From: Trichosphaerium sp. ATCC 40318
Lineage: Eukaryota; Protista; Tubulinea
Assembly (NCBI GenBank): GCA_038496445.1
Contig: JALMLS010000581.1
Span: 1-59,249 of the forward strand
DNA: 59,249 nucleotides
Direction: 5' to 3'
The notes beneath the pieces were generated by a model. That model searched no databases. It saw only the letters and a list, made by a program, of their open reading frames with translations, and had not been told where the DNA came from. The translations under genes and the position numbers were made by a program. The stretch's first letter is position 1; every line of letters begins with the position of its first letter. Positions 52,882-59,249 of the stretch are shown here, one piece after another.

Positions 52882-55800
52882 ATGGGTAATCAAGCTGGAG
52901 GAACAGGTCCTGAGTACGTTTAAAACAAATGACATTTCACCTGTGACATGACACGGAGAGCGAAGAAAAGTCAGTATATCCTAACAGTAGCCCTAGAAAA
53001 CCAAAGGTAGGCAAAGGACCAGGAATAAATCTTCCACCTGGCCATTTGTCACTCAAAACAAAAAGTGATGATGTCACGTATATCTATGGGTTAGATGTTT
53101 CTATTACGCAGGTAAAGAGCTATATAAGGCTGTTTCATACTCGAAACATCGGAGTGGACAAACATAGATTGTTTACGCTTTATTTTAGGATAAATTACCT
53201 TTTAAAGTAACCAAAGGAAGGCGTGAAGCGTCATCAAGTCACGTTGAAATTTATGGAGATAAAGTTACGCTTAACGGTATGCCTTTGGCTTCAGACACGT
53301 TTTTAAGGCTAACTATGTGCCTCTAGGTAAGCTGGAGAATCCTGGAAAGGATTTCAAGGTAAGATAAGGATCGTTTTCTCCGTGCGTGTCCTAAATGTGT
53401 TAGGTTTTTGCCAGAAATGTTGAGTTTAAAGATAAAGTGTATATTGACGTACGCTTTCACAACCCTTCGTTAATGGTTGACACTATTTAGGTATCTGGAC
53501 CTGCTGCGCCTGCCGATGGCGACTTTGCCAAAGGAAAGGTGCCTGCTCAAGCCGAAGCTGAAGAAGGCAAAGAACAGGTACGATCCGCCTGCGTGCATTA
53601 ACTAACTTTGTTACAAGGATACTGCAGGAGTAGCAGGAGAGAAGGGCACTGATGTACGTTGTGAAACTTCTTCGGTTGTTCGTGTTACTGTTGTACTGAC
53701 GTAATATCAAAGGGCGCTAATGGAGGAAGCATTATTGTAGTAGGAGAGCGTTTAATTGCGAAAAAAACTGAAGGTAAAATGATTGTAAACTTGATGAGCT
53801 CTAACACCTTTTTATAGCCAAAAGAAGAGGTAAAACTGAAGAAGTGAAGGAAACTGAAGAAGAAGAAGGCGTTCCAGAGGTAAAATTTGTTTTGAATTTC
53901 CGAGAGTTTTTTTTACAATCACGTGATTCTCACGTGACACTAGTTTTCATCGACTGGAATTGCGCCTGAGCTCAAATCTCGTGTTGAAGAAGCAGTAAAG
54001 GAAAAAGTTACAGAAGCTGATATTCCTCTTGATGAGTTTAAGGTGAGCTTTCTTGATTCAGCCTTTGCGCTTTGTGTATTGATTTATTTTTACCACAGAT
54101 TTCTATACCTGCAAATACCGGAAAATTGACTGGAACAATTGCTTATGATCTCAAGTTATCGAGTGGTGGTGAACCAACAGTATCAACACTGTGGACTCCT
54201 GGCGATAATTACAAAGTACTGAATCAGGTCTTCTTTCTAGAATTATCACCTAACTCTATGTATTATAGACAATTATCGAGGTTTGCTTTACCTTGGTATG
54301 ATAGGCTACTATTTTTTACATAAACAAACGAATATTTTAGGTCAGTTTAGAGGGTACTTTCACTGTTGATTCTAGCTCCGAAATTCCTATTAAAGAGAAG
54401 AAGGGTAAGTGTATATTACAATCCTTTTAAAGCTTAACTTAACACTTAGGTGTTATCAAATCTGTTGACACTTTTGATATTGCTTTGATCGGTCAACTCA
54501 CACTTGATCCTTTTAACAATAAAGGAACTGTGACTAGTGTCAATACAGTAGTTCGTGGTCTTGATTTATCATATGAATGCGAAATTGAAAGTGATCTCGA
54601 TTTTCTTAAAGACTATATCGTCTCTATGCTCCATAATCTCGATAAGGAAATTGCAACGAATTGCACTACCCAAGTCAACAATAAATATAAGCCAATTATA
54701 TCAGTAAGCAGCTTAATCGTAACAGGAAGCATGCTCACTTAATCAAAAGGAATTGAAACTCGAAGAAATCGTAGGAAAGGCTGGTGATAAACCTAAGATC
54801 CTTCTTATATCCAAAGGAGGTCCTGGAGGACGAGGACAAGATGGAGGAAAAGGTATCGACGGCAAAGAAGGTAAGAATATAATGCAAAAGGTAATACGAT
54901 TAAACCTTTAACAAGGTGATGCTGGAGATGACATTGAAGGTTTTTTTATGGGAGACAATCATGACGCCATTGGTAAAGTAAGTTGAATACTCTCGATGTA
55001 ATGAATGGTTTTCTAAAGAATATTATTAGAAAGGTAAAAGTGGTGGTGATGGCGGTGATGCTGGTATATCTGGTAACGGCGGAAAAGCTGGAACAATCAC
55101 TGTTGGATTTATTACCTCTGAAAAAATTAACTTCGAATGTGACTTCACTGGTGGTGATGGTGGAGTCCCAGCAATTGCTGGAGATCCCGGAAAAGGAGGT
55201 AACTATTTATTCACATCTTGATTGTGTTGTTTATATTCTTTAAAGGCAAGGGCGGACCTGGTGGAAAGTACAAACGCATAGCGCCAAATGCAGGTGGATT
55301 TCCATACCATGAAGATGTTACTGGTATTCGCGGTCCTCCTGGTGATCGTGGCGCCATCAGTAAAGCTCAAGGAGCTAATGGAGAAACAGGAGAAGAAGGT
55401 TTCTTAGCTATTAACTCGTTATCGCCTGGTGGAGATGCAAAAAAACCTCTTACGTATGAGTCGGTCCTATCCATGATTAAGTAATTAACCTGATTATTCA
55501 GGCACACAAACTTGTCTCCATTCTTAAAAGTAGAGCAACTCCTGATAACATACCGTGCCTGTTTGTTCGGATTCATAAACGCTGTTGATGGTGGCGACTT
55601 TGAGTATCCAATTGAGCTTGCTACATGGTACGTAGAAATAATTAAAGGTCTTTTTTAATAAATTTTATTAAACAGGATTGTCAATGTCACTGAACCGTTT
55701 GCTGATGAAGGATATGATTCAGGGTTAGGAGATAACGTATCTGAACAAATTAGAGCTATAAGAGATATGGTACTTAGCCTTTTGAGCTTTCAAAAGAGAG

Positions 55801-58033
55801 GTAGGCGTTCATAATCAGGGTGAACTTTATGGTTGACACAGACTAGGTTTGGATTTTTGGGGTGCTTACGAAGCACATTCGTAAGTTCAAGTTTCTTTTT
55901 TTTGGCTTTGTTAATTTCTTTAGACCTGTTCAATCATTATCTGATGTACAATCGAGTATTACTGCCATCTTTAAGGTTTTAAAATCTATTGATGCCCACG
56001 TGAAGAACTTTTTGGCAACAAACAAATCTGATGAGGATAGGTACGATCTTTTGCTTTACAAATTGTTTTTGAACAACAATTTCTGTTTCTTCTTTTAACA
56101 CGTGCGCTGGTTCTAAATTTAAAAACCTTAGGTCTAAATGCATAGAAGAGATTAAGACTGCTATTAAGGGTGACATTGAAAGAGAAGAAAAGGAACTTGA
56201 AAGCCTTGAAAGTGCTTTGGAAGTAGCAAACAATCTTGTTACTATTACTGCTGAGATGCTTCAAAAAGTACATTTGCTAAATCATAACTTTGTTGTTGAT
56301 ACTCTATGTTTTAATACGATATGTTTAGGGAAGCGAGATAATCGCCACTGATACAGATATATTCCCGGACGCTTTCCGTAAAAAAGTAGAAAAAATCTTT
56401 GGATGCACGTTCCCTGAGGTGAGGAAAACTTTGTTTGTTTTTTTCCATCTCTGCTAAGAACCACATGAGTTTTGACCTTCTTCGTCTTTAGATCGCTCAA
56501 AACACTGCCAAAATCCTCCAAGTTCCAGGATATGGTTATATGCGCATAGATCAAGTAGTTGCATCAAAGGAACAACTCAACAAAGTTGAATCTATACCTG
56601 ACTTTGATTACGCTATTTCTGACATTGCCGGTCTTGAGCTAGCAGAAAAATTTGATGATTCCGTAAAGTTATTGAAGGAAGCATTGCCTAAGGTCGAAGT
56701 AAAAGACCCTAAATCACCTTCTTATATTGCAATTGGAGCTCCATTCTTCCGTAGTATAATTACTGAGGTGTTAAAGTCAGCATCATCTGACAAGGTAAAT
56801 CAATATTCTTTTTGCTTTATATTTAACAAAATCAATTCAACAGGTGAAATCCGCCGTCAGCGAGGCTGTGTCAATTATGGATGGCCACAATCAAGCTGTA
56901 GCAAACTTGAACATGTTGACCTGTAATAGAGACTATCAAAAGGTACATCCGAGAGCGATAAAAAAAGCCGTACTAACTATCATTTTAAGGCACGCCTTCG
57001 TCACAAGAAAGCACTCTTGGCACGTATTGAAGCTACCACAAGTGACGATGATATCAACACTCCTTTGTTCAAATGTTTTGCTGTTGAGGTACTAGTTTCG
57101 TATCAGGAGGTGTCCTAACTAACTGTTTAACAGGCCAGACTTGATCTAAAAGTTGATTTACTCCGAAAAATTCAAGCCGAAAAGAAAGTAGCAAACTTTT
57201 GGACACTCAAGTCTGGAGGAATCACCGTTGAGACAAATAAGATTGAAGTTAATAATCTAGAACAAAAGCATAATGCTGTCAAGAAAGATTTTGATGAGAA
57301 AGTACATCTCAGAGAGGTATGAACAGCAACACATTTATTACAAAAATAGTCAAAAAGCAAAAAAAAACCTTATGTTGTGTTAAGGGTGCAACGTACAAGG
57401 AGTTCACAAATGGCATGCAGATGTCTTCCTCCGAGTATCCTATTGCGTTTAAATTGTTGAAAACTATAAAGAAGCTCGGTTTTAGTATACCTAGAGATGC
57501 AGCAGAGTTTGATGCTAAACACTTCCAAGGTACTTGTTTTTAATCCTAATAATGAAAAATGATCAAAAGTCGTTGTGTCTAACCTATTGGTCTAGTTATT
57601 GCCAACAAGGTTACAATGGATATACCAAGCTTAGATAATCCTATTGACATGAAGGTATATCACGCAGGTTCAGTAGTACAGGTACAAAAATGCTCAAAGG
57701 TTTTTTTTGTACTAATTTTGTCAATCAAGAAAAACAGCGGCATGCTTGCCATAACTCAAAGTCATCCAGCCTTATGTTACGATGACTCCACAGGTACGCC
57801 ACAATGGTTGATTTTTTGTCATGTGTCTAACTCTTTACAAAAAAGGAAACGAAGCTAAGGAGGTTGGATCTACAGACGCAGGGTACTACGGTCTGTCGCC
57901 ATTTGCCTTCTGGGTTGTTGATTTTTGTGACGCCTCTAATGTTGAACACGTGTCTCAGTTCAAACTCAAGTTTTCTGGAAAAACATCCCTTCCACCTCCT
58001 CCAACTAAGAAAGGTCGTAAAGGCAAACGTTAA
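52882..58033 (+). CDS. Large Gly-x-x repeat protein with helical core and Tc-toxin/PtIP-83-like C-terminal beta domain; inserted BPI/TULIP-like domain
   Basis: MGNQAG start; IYGDKV...PGK...VFARNV...IDVSG; GxxG repeats; GLDFWG...P; coiled coils; C-terminal GLSPFAFWVVDF...KLKFSG; polybasic tail. Confidence 0.6.
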
Positions 58034-58357
58034 GCATAATGTTGCGCAACATTGTTCAAATCCAATTTTGTTTCAAAAAAAAAAAGTAAAGGTAAAAGCT
58101 ACTGTCTTTGTCCTTCTTTAACAGCCTCCTATGTATAGCCCTATTGTCACTCACAGTACGTTTGTATCTAGCTGTATACCATATGTCGCAATGTAAGCGA
58201 ATTCAGAAAAAAGGAAAACAACTACTTTTTCTCGTGAACTCTAGTTTTGCCATGGCAAAACAATGTGGTTACCTTGTACGTAGACAAATGACTTGAACTT
58301 TTTTTAGTAAGTTAAGTTGACACAAACCAAGCCTTTGTTTTAATTAGCAACACGTAA

Positions 58358-59249
58358 ATGATTTACAGCGCGGTAGTTTACTATCTGTTGATTATTGCTG
58401 GGATAGCAAGAGTACAATCAGCTTTTCCAGTTTATTATGTTGGTGTAAATGATATTGGTGATGGTAGCGACATTTCCAGGTAAACTAACCGGTTTACGGG
58501 TCAGCGTAACAAATTTTACACAATATAACTATAATAAGCCTCTACTGTGCTTACTGACGCTCGCTAATAGTCCAATATCATACCAAGCACTCGCAAATGA
58601 ACTTGCAATAAGTTCTACTGGAGTAGAACAAATATTCTTCCTGGGAGGCGAGCACGTAATAGAAATAGGATTAAACGATGTGTCAGGGCCTAATTTTGTT
58701 TTAAAATCGAATAGCAGCGTTCCAATAATAGTTTCAAACTACCAAGGTAATCAACAGTACAGTTTTCACTACGTAACCCTTGCTGCTGCACTTTTTCAAC
58801 AGTTTTTTTTTGTACTTTCACCAAACATTTTTTCTCTTTCTTAACGTATATGAAGGACAACGAGTTGACTTGATTTTGAAGTACAGTGGTAACGAAGTAA
58901 ACAGAGAAGAAGAGTGGATTATGTTCACACAATTTGCAGCAGTAATGACACTTCAAGAAGGATCACAAAACGTGATCATAAGTGGAATTAACATCTTAAG
59001 CAGTGTTGGTAAGTAATCTTTTTTTTTTTTTTTCGCGTGTTAGCGTTTTGTTCACGTGTTTTTGTAGGTATGGGTTTCCAGTTTCGTGGTGAGAATATTA
59101 CTTTACGTGACTGCTCTATAACTGAAGTATTTGGATACGGAGTTGTGTACAACATGCAAGATGGACGTGGCTCTTCTGTTGATACTGTTGTATTTGATGG
59201 AGTTGGCATACAACGAGGTACTTCTAAACAATCTTATTGGTTAAATACC
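58358..59249 (+). CDS. Secreted right-handed parallel beta-helix (pectin lyase-like) protein, partial at the window end
   Basis: Signal peptide; YYVGVNDIGDGSD..SP; IFFLGGEH; NVIISGINI; GENITLRDCSITEVFGYGV. Confidence 0.65.

Noticed and set aside
54750-55410. True collagen
   Set aside because: The Gly-x-x runs are short and interrupted by beta-strand motifs, with no signal peptide and no long triple-helix tract.
1-59249. Stop-codon reassignment as the cause of fragmented ORFs
   Set aside because: Conserved proteins reassemble with short GT/GC-AG introns under the standard code, and TAA, TAG and TGA all serve as terminal stops.

Overview
Compact, AT-rich eukaryotic genomic DNA with very dense, short (mostly ~35-60 nt) spliceosomal introns, so the ORF track shows only exon fragments. 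Gene content (Clu-TPR, TerD fusion, Zn2Cys6 factor, bacterial-type alpha-2-macroglobulin) suggests a free-living protist, probably an amoebozoan (inference). I assembled about 20 multi-exon genes by eye: TraB, DUF899, an RGS + nucleoside 2-deoxyribosyltransferase-like fusion, an EGF-containing secreted protein, a C2 protein, a HAD hydrolase, a ZNFX1 helicase, a GPI-anchored bacterial-type alpha-2-macroglobulin, Clu-TPR, two inverted C-type lectin receptor paralogs, TerD-RhoGAP, a Zn2Cys6 factor, DeSI/PPPDE-PUL, a Gly-repeat toxin-like protein and a beta-helix protein. The most notable candidates are (1) a RIG-I C-terminal-domain-like Zn module that can splice in frame onto ZNFX1, (2) a Tc/PtIP-83-like toxin scaffold with an inserted BPI/TULIP-like domain, (3) the RGS-NDT fusion and (4) a thioester-less GPI-anchored A2M. 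All domain calls are from motif recognition, not database searches, and exon boundaries are manual predictions.
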